Of a stretch of 64,000 bases of DNA, positions 24,854 to 36,996 are shown one piece after another (position 1 is the first letter of the stretch; each line of letters opens with the position of its first letter). The stretch spans positions 124,001-188,000 of the forward strand of contig CBFFRP010000432.1 in NCBI GenBank assembly GCA_965644295.1, in the 5' to 3' direction. A program made the translations under genes and the position numbers. Origin of the DNA: Paraphysomonas bandaiensis. Taxonomy: Eukaryota > Protista > Chrysophyceae. Below the pieces are notes generated by a model. The model had not been told where the DNA came from. It made no database searches and saw only the letters and a list, made by a program, of their open reading frames with translations.

Positions 24854-26968
24854 CTAGACTGCTTCAGCTTCCCGTGTCCCTTCTTGGTATCTATCATCTG
24901 ACTGTTTCTCCAACATAGCATGTATAAGATCTATCCATATCTGTGATCCAGCATCACTGTCGGTAATATGGTATACCCGTCCCGTCAGGGTTGATAGAAT
25001 ATCGAAGGCATGGGCAGACAACTATCAGCACTATTAGTTGAAGTATTATAGCGCACGAGCAACTTACCGCGTTGCACTTCACGGGATGCTGGGTATCCCA
25101 TGGTATTTCTCCCTTCAGCACCATAGTCGCGGGATCGATATAAATCAGGCGTGGCCTGTCGGTAAGAATCATCATCCGGTGTTTAGAGAACAGTCCCTAA
25201 ACACTGTTCAGAAATAAATCGAAACTAACTATAATGATACTACCTTTCGCTTCCATATGAGGCCTGCAAACACCTGTTCCTCATTGTCCTGCAAGAAAAC
25301 ACGCCACCGGTCCTTGTTGTCTGCATATATCATATATATCACTACCACTAGACAAATCGAAAAATATAACCACATTTTCTACTGGTATGTAAACATAGTT
25401 CCATGCCACGGTAATCCATATACCTGGACTGGGTGGTTCCGCGGTACCTACTTCTACCCCATCCTGCGACCCATATGATCGCATAAGAATGGGGGTGGCC
25501 TCGCCTTCAAATAGCCAGTCGTCGTTCGCACCGTCCTGCATATTATCCGCAGATGGGAATGTTGCAGGGTCAGGCACATACGGTGGCGTCTTTTCCTTCA
25601 GACCGCTCCAATCAATTCCCGAGAAGAATCTGTGGCTCTTAACAATGGACAGGTCATTCTCAGTACCGGCAGCTCCAGACCCCATTCGGTCTCCAGGAGC
25701 AGGCAGCAAAAAACCCTCAATAAGTTCCCTAGATTCCTCATGGATAGTATCAGGGTACTGAACGGGTTCTTCTCCTTCGCAGTGTCGAATTATAGCCTGA
25801 AAAGTTAGATACTCAGAGGGAGAATGGAACGGAGTGCGACCAACAAGCATATTGAATAGAATGCAGCCAAGTGCCCAAATATCACAAGCCCGCGTTGCGT
25901 TTTCATTCTGAAGAACCTATTGAACACAGCAAGCGTATTTAGTATGCAACATAAAACTACGCATGGTATAATACGCAGTCCCAACAATAGCGGCGGATTA
26001 ATGGGACTATGATCAGGCAACTAACCTCCGGTGAGACATATTCTGCCGTTCCGACAAAGCTAGTTCGCATATCCTCATCCCCCCCTTCATTCATAGCTGC
26101 AGTCCCAAAGTCCGTGACTTTGAGATGTCCCTTCGAGGTGATAAGAATATTCTCTGGTTTTAAGTCTCTGTGGATAATGTTGTGCGAATGGAGATAGTCA
26201 ACAGCCTCCACAATCTCAGCGAAGTAAAATTGCGCTGTCGCCGCATCACAAGCGACATCCGATATACCTCGTGATTTATTTTTCTCCCGCTGTGATGAAA
26301 TATATGACCTCAGCTCACCACCATGCGCGAGGTCCATACACATATATAAATAGCCACTGTCTTGGAAAGTGTAATACAATCTGCAAGGGTAACAGTTTAC
26401 TAATCATGTGCAGGGATCCAGTATAACTCCTTACCGTACAATGAAAGGATTATTCAGCTTTGACAATATCGATTTTTCCATCATCACATATTTAACTTTA
26501 TTTTCCTTTTTTATGTGTCGCTTTTCCATTATTTTTACAGCGAATTCATGGTTGTTTTTTTTTAACTTTGCGTGAACTACCCTGGCATAAGCTCCTTCAC
26601 CAAGGCACCGGCCAAAGTAAAAATCAGATGGCTGTTTTGAAGCCTCTGGTTTGCTAATGGACTTGCGTGCAGGTGACGTAGGGGTTCCAGAAAGTTGAAC
26701 GGTCATCAGTTTAGAGTGAGATGTCGGACGTGTCAGTGAACCATCGCTTGACTGGGAATAAGAAAGGCCAGGCAAATCTTCCGATTCGCTAACAATAGAA
26801 TCTGACAATATAATTATTCAAGATACAGATACATTATGTAGAATGTGTTACCGTTCCTAGGCAACTCAGGTTTTGCTGAGGATACATTATTAGTATCTGT
26901 AAATAATCGTCAACTTCATCATGACATACACAAAACAAGTTACCAGCGACATTTTGATCTGATTGCAT
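24854..26968 (-). CDS. PDK1: 3-phosphoinositide-dependent protein kinase 1 (AGC kinase + C-terminal PH domain), multi-exon
   Basis: [59 protein letters not shown], and PH-domain [12 protein letters not shown]...LKGEIPW. Two micro-exons were joined by hand to ATG 26968. Confidence 0.92.
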
Positions 26969-28719
26969 TTCACAAATATCACTATAATAAAATACAATAA
27001 AAACTGTGATCAATCGTTAATACGACCCGGGTGTGTAATATATAAGGTCGGAAGTATACACTGCTGTCGGGGTTCAGCTCGACAGTTATCTAAAGAAATT
27101 AATCGGTATTAGTAATATCCAAACGCACGAGACGGTTCTTGATATTTAGAAGCGACACAAGCTTCCCTCCAGCAGATACTTCCCGGTATGGATATCTCCT
27201 AGTCGATATAGATTTTCAATGCTCGTTAATCTGACTACTTTCAACTACCCACCCTACCTACCTCTGCACCTGTACTGCATGTTCCTGTATGCACCTACCA
27301 CTGTATGTACCTGTATATGTTGAATTTTATATTCCATGTATGGTATTTCGCCGTATACCGGTATACAAAATACTGTAAAGGATGATTATGTCGGTATACT
27401 GTTATACTACCACCCGTATACTTTCTCACCATAGTTCCAGCAGTATGCATACGGATATAGCAAGATACACATATCTAGATATCTAGATATAGACTATATG
27501 TCCATATATGGTGCCCCGTTCAGTTCATTGTCTTCCATTGTTTGATTAATGTAACTGCGTAAATTCTAAAGAGTATTTCGGACCTCTAGAATATTCCAAG
27601 TCATAAGATATCGATATTTAATCTATAGATTCATGTCGTCAAGCTCATGTGATTATCGTCCATTATTTTGATATCAGTCCAGCTATAATGAAAGTAGCAC
27701 ATCGCTCATTGCATGTTATACACATTATAACCAAATTAGACGCAATGCTATCGACGGTTCTTGGTGTGTCACATAATCTGATGTTCTCGAGTTTGCGTCA
27801 GAGTATATATATTCATAAGAATGAAGCATTGATCTTAGTATTAGCAAAACAATGCTGTGATTATTAGAGTGTAAAGTAATAACACAATAGAGTGAGAATT
27901 ATGAATAACAATACAAAACATAACTATCGTGCACAATGGAATAGTTAGAAGTGTAACTGATAATGACGATGTTATGATGACGATCATGTATCTTCAACAG
28001 ATACTCTCTCTACTTCAGTTCATGACATATTTCATTGAACATTATAACTCACAGATACAATCTTGTATTAAGCTGAATCCTAATAATATGCTAATCGACG
28101 TCTGTGACCTCGTTCTGGATGAGCCTTCGATGATATTGTATTATTTATTGATGGGAGCTACCGTTACAAGTTACAATATAATATCGCAATATATTGTTTC
28201 CAAACTCTGGATGAACGGAATTCTGCAGGCAGAGAAGCTGCGTAAATAAATTTGCAATAGTCATTTGTTTTTACTATTTGTTTTTACTTTTTCCATGAGT
28301 CTCCTAATGAGTTATTATTGAGTGAGTTCTACGTTCAATTAGTCAGATGTCAAACGTTAATAATCATGCTAGAAGGATAAGATCTTACTACTAGGATCGT
28401 TGGGAAACGACGTGGGTATATATTACAATTCTAATAAATTGACCATAGATTACAGAGTTTAGGCATTCGGATAGTCCTGTGTCATTCTAGTTGTTTATAC
28501 TCAAGCTCTGGCGTTGCATTGGGCATTGATCACCTTAGTATGATAGCAGTGTAGAAGTGCATAGTATCTTCTAAAGTTCATGACACACAATTTAAAGCAA
28601 CATAGAAATCCTAATATTAATATTAATCATAAGCTATTTCTCTATACACAATAAAATCATAGTGACAAGAATCCCAACTGGTAATATTCCATCAATGGCA
28701 ACTGTGACACACATAAATA

Positions 28720-30290
28720 TTAATCGTCAACAGATCGTGCACAGCGAAAACCAAGATTAGAAGTTGCACTATCAGGGGTTGATTGCGTCCTTGCCGCCAC
28801 ACGATATCTACAGTAAAGGAGTTGACATTGAAGTGAGTTGCATAATAATATTGGTAACGAACCGGTAGCAGTAGCTCTTGTGACAGAGGTAGGAGCCGCC
28901 TTTTTTAACTTTATCTGTGCCACTTGCAGGTCCTGTAGGGTTAAGCAATTCATCGTTTCCTTTAGTTGGAGTGTGATTCACAGTCCACCAGTCAGATACC
29001 CATTCCCACACATTTCCTATTGCCCAGATGTACAAGATTAGTGGATCGCTACTTTGTGTATAATGTGAGTGAATCGTAATTCTAACCTATCATGTTGTGC
29101 AGCCCGAGGTCGTTCTGTGGTGGAAAAGAATCTACCGGGGCTGTGAACTCGAACCCATCTTCAGCGGTGTTATTTCTTGGAAATACGCCCTATGGTCAAT
29201 CCCAAATGCGAATTTAGAACGTTAAATACGTGACATAGAAGCTTACTTGGTACACGTTGGCTAGGTGGGGCTTCCCACGAATTCGGAGTTTTTCGCCCCA
29301 TGGGTAGGTTGACGAGGAATGTGTCCCCCCCCTTGCTGCCAGCTCCCACTCCGCTTCTGCATTACAAGCGAATTTACACAATATTTACTTACATGACAAT
29401 CAAGTCATCGCACCTGTTGGCAGCCGAGCTCCACGCCAAGTACAGAAGGCTGTAGCGTCATTCCACGAAACCTACGATCCAATAACCCCAAAAGGTCATA
29501 CCGATGTTCTAGATAACCTTGGTATTGCACCTGCACTACAGGATGTCGTCCTCGATACCTTTCTGGATTGAATACATCTGTCCCAGGTCCTTCTGGCTGG
29601 TACCAATACGCCCCGTTGACCTGACAACTATATTCAGTGTACATTCAGTACATGATTGAACGAGACTCACAGGAAGCCACCATTCTGCGCCGGCAACAGC
29701 CTGGGTAATAGAGTCTTTTATTTGTAATGGAACCGCAGACTCAAACACGAAGGACCTAGCAAAAATTACAACATAGAACGTAAAGCTTTCAGTCGCACCA
29801 GCCATATTTTTCACTTTCAGATACATAAGACGTATTCTTAACAAATTTTAAGAAATCTTCATTGGAGACCTATATTTCACGAAAAATATAAATTCACCTG
29901 CTACATAAATTGTAGTCGTACTTCGTATTTGTCAATATAGTAGGGGCTCAACTTAACAGCTCGTTTAGGACTCTCGCCATCCTAACATACAGAAATCTTC
30001 ACCAAATCAGGATATAAGTACTACAACAGTTATACCAACGGAATCACTGGTTTACTAATGCCCACATGGAATGAGCCTCCTTTCACCAACACCACAGCCT
30101 CACTATAGGATCCATGAGGCGATAAGGAAGGCATCTCTCTGCTTTCACAAGTTTCTATCTCTAAACCCATGGGGTCTTTCCTGCTATCACGGTCCAAACC
30201 AGAGCACCCGCAACCACTGCCCTCATCTGCAAAGGACAACCTCACAATCAGATAATAGAGCACGACTGCGATATACTTGGACATCGGCAT
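28720..30290 (-). CDS. SUMF1: Formylglycine-generating enzyme (sulfatase-modifying factor 1), multi-exon
   Basis: Signal peptide, GCGC, SFVFE...[38 protein letters not shown]|YRVAAR...SNLGFRCA. Confidence 0.93.
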
Positions 30291-30581
30291 AATGTGCGAC
30301 TCTATAGCTGATGATTGCTGAATGCAGTGTCCAGTGTTCAATCCAATTATGCATATCTACACTGCAACTTTTTTCTGTAAAATGTGGAAGGTACCGTACT
30401 CAAGCCCGCACCATAATGGTGTGGAACTATATAAGTGGTGATGATGAGTGACCAGTGGTATGTATGGTGTTGCTGGTGAGTAATAGATCCAGGGAGGTGG
30501 GTGTTGAAGGAGGAGCTCTCTCATCACAGCATGGTATCATACATACAGAACATAATAACAGCGAGAACATATCATAGTAGC

Positions 30582-32825
30582 ATGGAATCAACTACCACGG
30601 AATCAACTACCACGGAATCAACTACCACGGAATCAACTACCACGGAATCAACTACCACAGGGGGCATTAGAAAAGTCGGTGATGGGGAAACCAAAAATCG
30701 TAACTCCTCTGCGTTAGCTCAGTTTGCGAAGTACTTGGAGATGCGGTTCGACGGGAAGAAGAGGTATAAGGAACTCATAGACAGTGATATAAATGTAGAA
30801 CTATTTCAATGTTTCGGTGGCTTTTTGATCGATCACGCCGTCCATGGAACAACGAAGAAGCCTTTGACCCTAGGTACTGCTTGGCAGTATTTGTCAGACA
30901 CGAAGACTGCGCTGACGAAGCGATTTAAAAGAAATGAGTTATTAAGCAGCTCCAATGAGCTGTGGTACAAAGATGTGAGAGCGGCAGTATCAAAGCATAT
31001 TATCAAGCGGTGTATCGCACAAGGAGTGCGTATATCAGAGAAAACAAGTCCAGTGGGGAAAGAACTAATGAAGCGCATAGGTGAATACATTATACATCGG
31101 GCATCTGATTTCTCCGGTAAGTGGACATACTTCACATATCTATGATTTACTGTATGCTAATAAACTTTATTTAGAAGTGAAGAAGTATTCATTGTACAAT
31201 CTCTATTTGGTTTTCACGTTTGCTGCTGTTGGTCGGGTGTCTGAAGCAATGTTTGCTTCGTATAATAATGCAATGTGGCACTGCGATGGATACTTAACGT
31301 TTGATTGGACAGAATTGAAGGTGGCTTCTATCAAAACAATGAACTTTTTTCCCGACTACTCTTGTCTAGAGACTTGTGTTTTCTTCGCTTATTCAATGTA
31401 CTGGATGTCCTGTACTGCAGCAGATCTCAACGGTGACTTCGTCTTTCCAGATCTAGCATTGACTACATCAAGCGCTAGTCAATTTGTTTCTAAGCTACTA
31501 AAACAAATGATCGGGAAGGTACCTGGAGTTACAAAGGAAACAACAGGCAAGGGTCTTAGAGTCGGGGCTGCAACTGACATAGCCAGTAGTCAGTCAGGCG
31601 GCATCTTCCATGCGATTATGCGTGGAGGATGGGACTTCTCCGGAGAGTGCAGCATTTTTGAGTATATCATGGGACTAGATGTCACTATTGCTGTGGGTGG
31701 AAAAATTTTAAGTGGCTACTCTAATCCCAGGAATAAGATATATCCACCCGAGTGTGTATTTATCAACAATGGAAACCGAGAACAAGTGATGGCGTTAATC
31801 GAAACATGTTATCCACTCACTTACCCAGAATTTGGGGTTGATGGCTGTCTATTTCAATTTAAACTCTCTGTGTTTGCTACATTCCTTATGAGGTTACCAT
31901 CATTTGTTTCTAAATACACGGCACAACATGCAGTGGTTTGTAAATTCAAGCACAACATGATGCGCCACCATTTCACTTGGAATGACATAATGCAATGGAG
32001 TGCTGCGATTGAGGAGGAATGGCTTCGCCTTAATTTTGTAGACACAAGAAATGTAGACGAAATTTACCAGGAGAATCGCATTCTTCGAGACCAAATACAA
32101 CAGCTTCATAGAAAGTGTGACACCCAAACTATTGCAATAGCTGATCTGCACAAGAAATTAGACACTGCTGTGGCTGATATTCTAGAAGGCTTGAAAAATA
32201 TTCCAACGGATACCACTATACCAACTTCAGAGACTGTATCACGGATACCTACATCGCCTACAGTCTTGCCTCCGATTACTGAAGGACCTTCCAAAGGTCC
32301 ATCCACTACTACGACAAATGTTTTTCAATACATGAGAGTTAACATGCAGCGCATGCCCCATATATCCTTCATTCAATATAAAACTCTCGAAAAATTATGC
32401 TTATCAACAGTTATTATTGACTATTTTGATTATGAATTACATGAAATTGTAGGAAAGAGATACCCTATGGTAGACAACGTCAACAAACAGAAAAAACTAA
32501 ATCGAGTATTGACTAAAGGACTCGGCCTATTGTACGATGACGAGAAACGTTTTCTTGATGAGCCGAAACCCTGTATGGCAAGTCAGTCTACTTCGTACAG
32601 AGAATGGAAGAGTAATTTAAAATGCATAGCTGAAAAGGTTGAATTGCGTGTTATTGTTGATTTATTTGGTCAGGAAAATTACGACAAGTTTCACCCCAAA
32701 AAAAAGCCTCTAAGAAATACATAAACAGTATATATGATGCAATGAGTGCACGAAGGGACAGTGATGGTAACATTATTCCAAGGACAAAGAAAAGGAAACT
32801 TCAGTCTGATGTTAGTAATCTGTAG
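30582..32825 (+). CDS. Tyrosine recombinase (Crypton-like), 2 exons; apparent frameshift in A8 run near the 3' end
   Basis: GT-AG intron 31117-31174 joins ORFs 30501-31145 and 31081-32724 in frame (SDFS|EVKK). Candidate catalytic motifs: GRVSE (R 31234), ELK, KGLR (31549-31560), RGGW (31621-31632), FEY (Y 31663). A coiled coil follows. Confidence 0.8.
30584..30658 (+). repeat. 15-bp coding minisatellite x5 (ESTTT)
   Basis: ggaatcaactaccac repeated five times perfectly. Confidence 0.95.
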
Positions 32826-33740
32826 AATGCCAATATATGTATTCATTTATAACCACTCCATCAACTTTTTATAATGTACCCTTATAATTAATGATTCATT
32901 AGTAATTGGAATACATCGTATCATTATTTACAGAGCATACAACAGTATAATCAACCATTACAGCGTTCAGCATTTTATTATTCGACACAGTCTGATGTTA
33001 GTAATCTGTAGAATGCCTATATGTATTCATTTATAACCACTCCATCAACTTTTTATAATGTACCCTTATAATTAATGATTCATTAGTAATTGGAATACAT
33101 CGTATCATTATTTACAGAGCATACAACAGTATAATCAACCATTACAGCGTGCAGCATTTTATTATTCGACACAGTCTGATGTTAGTAATCTGTAGAATGC
33201 CTATATGTATTCATTTATAACCACTCCATCAACTTTTTATACTGTACCCTTATAATTAATGATTCATTAGTAATTGGAATACATCGTATCATTATTTACA
33301 GAGCATACAACAGTATAATCAACCATCACAGCGTTCAGCATTTTATTATTCCACACCGTTCAGAATTCTTATCACATACAGCCATACTGCATACCCTTAC
33401 ACAACATGACACATATTCACTGCAAGATGGAACAGGGGCAGCCGGGCGCTTGTGTCGCTTAGGCATCCCTCTTGCACCGGTAAGTATAAACGTCATTGCG
33501 CCTACAACAGCATAATAAACCATCACAGCCTTCAGCATTTTATTATTCCACACCGTTCAGAATTCTTATCACATACAGCCATACTGCATACCCTTACACA
33601 ACATGACACATATTCACTGCAAGATGGTACAGGGGCAGCCGGGCGCTTGTGTCGCTTAGGCATCCCTCTTGCACCGGTAAGTATAAACGTCATTGCGCCT
33701 ACAACAGCATAATAAACCATGACAACATTCAGCATATCAT
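32802..33740 (+). repeat. Composite tandem array: 3 x ~184-bp unit A and 2 x 197-bp unit B, joined by a shared ~50-bp core
   Basis: Core tacaacagYataatMaaccat...ttcagcat starts at 32938, 33122, 33306, 33503 and 33700. Confidence 0.92.
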
Positions 33741-34279
33741 ATACCATCACACAACATAGTGCATGCATGATATACAGCCTTCTATTCCTTCAAATGTACC
33801 ACTTCTCATCTCTCTACATACCTGACACTTTAAATAGGATGATGGGAGCATGATGCTCCCACCTGGAATTCAATCATTGATATCCATATCAAATCACTTC
33901 ATACCATAATATACAGCCCTTCACAGTTCCTCTCCATACAGCCTTATAAACCTCGTCCAGTAACTGCATATCTCATCTCACAGTTTCATGAAATAAGATG
34001 GTAGCAACATGTTATCACCTATCATTCAAGCACTCATTAACGTGTATCTGCTGCATATGGCTGCCTCGTCATATTACTATATACATATACTCGATGCATG
34101 TGATATGATGCACTATGCTATGATGCACTCTGCTGATTGGATCACTCGATGGGCGCACTTGCTGTGCGGCCTTTGTGTAAAAACAAGGGTGCGGGATCCC
34201 GCACCTGCGGTGCGGGCTAAATAATTTTTCCCATCCAGACATTCAAATTATAATACTGACCTCTGTACGATACGATGGT

Positions 34280-35150
34280 GTGATTCTGACAATTTGCACG
34301 ATGTCGACAATAAGTGTGATGCTTTGTTCAATAAGTTATCTGTCGTAACAATTTCAGCTGCAGATTAGTTACCACACTATAACTGAATCGCCGCTTCAGC
34401 CAAATCTTTTAAAACAACTTTGAATTTATACTTACAATAAATAAAATTATGAAACAAACCACGCAGAATAAATCTGGTTTTCCCAAATTACCCAAGGAAG
34501 AAAATAATGAGAATTGTCAGTCCATATTCTGGAATATGTTGTGTTGTATTGAAGCTGGGGCGCCAGGAAGAGTTCTTGTACATGAACTTGCATACACTTC
34601 ACAATGCGATCATATCAATGATCTTAGCCATGTTCGTGATTCGTTTGAAAATGCGCTTTCATCAACAACTCTCAAGTCAATCTTGAAGTTTTCTATTGAC
34701 CCTTACGACAAGGAAAAGGCTGAAATCGTAACGTCGCATTACGCTTCATGGGCTGATAAAGAAATTTATAAAGGCCTTAACACTTGGAATAAAATATACT
34801 ATCAAACATACTTCCGATGGGCGAAATGGGCCAGTGAAAATGCTTTGTTTTCGGGATCATTGGGAAGGATATTCAAAATGTATCGACGTCTTGCCAAGAA
34901 AGAAGTGTGATAAATTAAGTCCACTATTGACTCGGAAAATATTATGAATGAAGGAAATAAATTGACTCTGGTCGTCAAGAATTATAACTCTTAAAAATGC
35001 CAAAAAATGACACATCTGCCTGGAATTTTGCTTTGTGGTGTCGCTCTCTTTAAATTTTAGGCTTGTATACCGGTTTACTTTGTTTCGTTCTATAATATTT
35101 CGCACAATATAATTAAAATTGACCATTTTTTTCCCAGTAAACTTTTGTAG
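34280..35150 (+). pseudogene. Decayed intronless coding region of unknown family (includes ORF 34449-34910)
   Basis: The 153-aa ORF continues in the same frame past 34910 as protein-like sequence broken only by isolated TGA/TAA/TAG codons. Confidence 0.35.
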
Positions 35151-36996
35151 AAAATCAACCAAACACCTCTTAATAACACCTGACTCGACCTGGGTAAATG
35201 ACAGTGAAAGGAATCGGATGATCAAAAGTGTTGTTCAATAAGGATTTGTAGTCAAAACAGCTTCTTTTAGCTTATAAAGTATTTATTCAAAACAAACTGC
35301 AAATAATTGTTACTGTAGAATATTAATAGAGATAATATTAGTATAATATATATATAAAGTTATTATATATATAAATGCATTGTAACTTCAGCACTAAAAA
35401 TAGTCACTGAGGCATAATTGTTTTACTTACCATTCTGGTCGTAGTCAATGATAGTATTATTATTTTGAAAAGGAGTTTCTTGTTCCTTATATTACAACCA
35501 AGAATGTTGAAAACTCACCAGGGCCTATTAAAAGCAAACTTAATGGTTCATTATATTTAATATTACTTAAAATTATTATAGTTCGTTTGTTATTGGTGAA
35601 CATTGTTATTGGTGAACATTAACGACTGTTCTTCGTCATTATTGCACAAATGGGAATTTTGCTGCTTGTCATATGAAAAAAAGATTAGCCTGCCACCTGG
35701 AGTTATCAATACTATTCCGGAAAAGCTATCAATTTTTCCGATAAATTCAAATCACAGCGACCATACTTCTGCTTTCATTGTATCAATATCTTGAAATATA
35801 TATAGTCGCGAGGCAAATTGAGAGGAGTATAAATTTCTGATATTTTGTGTAGTATACGTGTTTACAATGTAGAATGATTTCGCATACCTGTGCATATAGG
35901 GCGTTGAAGAGTTTCTGTTGACTAGAGAAGATCATATCGGTACTCCTTTGGTTTTGGCTCTGCTGAATTGTAGCTCAAGTCGATCGTAGTGCAGGACATA
36001 TAATTTATGGAGCGACATTTTGTGGCGCCTGTACACATCTTGTGGATACTTATGTTCTTCTTGGTGTCCGATAGTTGTAACAAGTAGACTAATTCACTCA
36101 TCAGATTTTGTACTGTTTTAACGGTTTGCAGGATTTCTAGTATTGGTATGTATTAGGTATATATTTCAAATGCTTATATAGTAATAAATTATCCCAATAA
36201 AAGTATTAAAATCAATATAATTGCAATGAATCCATAATATCGCAATATATCTATACTTCCTCTGCGTATAGTTACACAACAAGTATAAAGATTATTAGCT
36301 GTATACAACACTCTTGATATGTAATGACACCACACATATATAAAGCAGCAATATTTAATCACTCCACATGTTCCCCTTGAACAATACATCAGCCACGACC
36401 TTCACTTTACTCCCCCTTCAATAGAAGTGAAGGTGGCGTGTCTTTATGCCACTTCGTAATGAGGCTCTATATCTGTATATCACCTCGCTAGGGATGAATG
36501 ACTGTATCCTTTATCTGCTGAAAACATCCACAGGCTATGTGTTACCCTTCACATTATACAAACAACCATGTATAGCCCTCATGACAGCTCAGCCCCAAGT
36601 TGGTCTTCTGCCTCTACATTCTATCTGCATATATCTGAATGCCTGCATACTTCTAGAGCAAGATATGCATGATCACTCTGTATATGATATACACCAGTAT
36701 ACGCACCGGTATACCATGGGTATACTTCTACTGCACTATATACACAAGTGACATTGGTGCTGCTGGTGATGGGGATTGGGACTGTTGTATTATGAAATGT
36801 GTGTACATGAACGACGTAGATGTAAGAGACACAGCAGAGCAGAGTACACATACACTCACATACAGCGTACAGACATACATACCTCCACATACACACATAC
36901 ATATACACACATACATACATATACATTACCACATCACTTCATCTCAACCACCTTATTCACCAACTCACTCCTACACCTTAAGTATCATTCTCTACT

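Larger units (their letters stand above)
30403..34218 (+). mobile_element. Crypton-like tyrosine-recombinase DNA element; boundaries inferred from inverted end motifs
   Basis: Intron-containing YR gene with no RT. agcccgcacc (30403-30412) and its exact reverse complement ggtgcgggct (34209-34218) bracket the gene and the repeat array. Confidence 0.65.

Noticed and set aside
27649-28249. ORFs 27649-27867 and 27929-28249 (also 4612-4827)
   Set aside because: AT-rich, non-ATG or weak starts, no domain signal; likely intergenic or UTR.
32802-33740. CRISPR array
   Set aside because: The spacers are 130-150 bp and repeated rather than unique, there are no cas genes, and the context is eukaryotic.
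33335-33768. Small ORFs within array unit B (MPKRHKRPAAP...)
   Set aside because: Duplicated by the repeat, with no recognisable domain or independent support.
34280-35150. Alternative genetic code (stop reassignment)
   Set aside because: Neighbouring genes have long stop-free exons and terminate with TAA, TAG and TGA, so local decay explains the in-frame stops better.
36090-36110. Hammerhead ribozyme core (CTGATGA on the minus strand; also 9444)
   Set aside because: No stem II followed by GAAA could be built.
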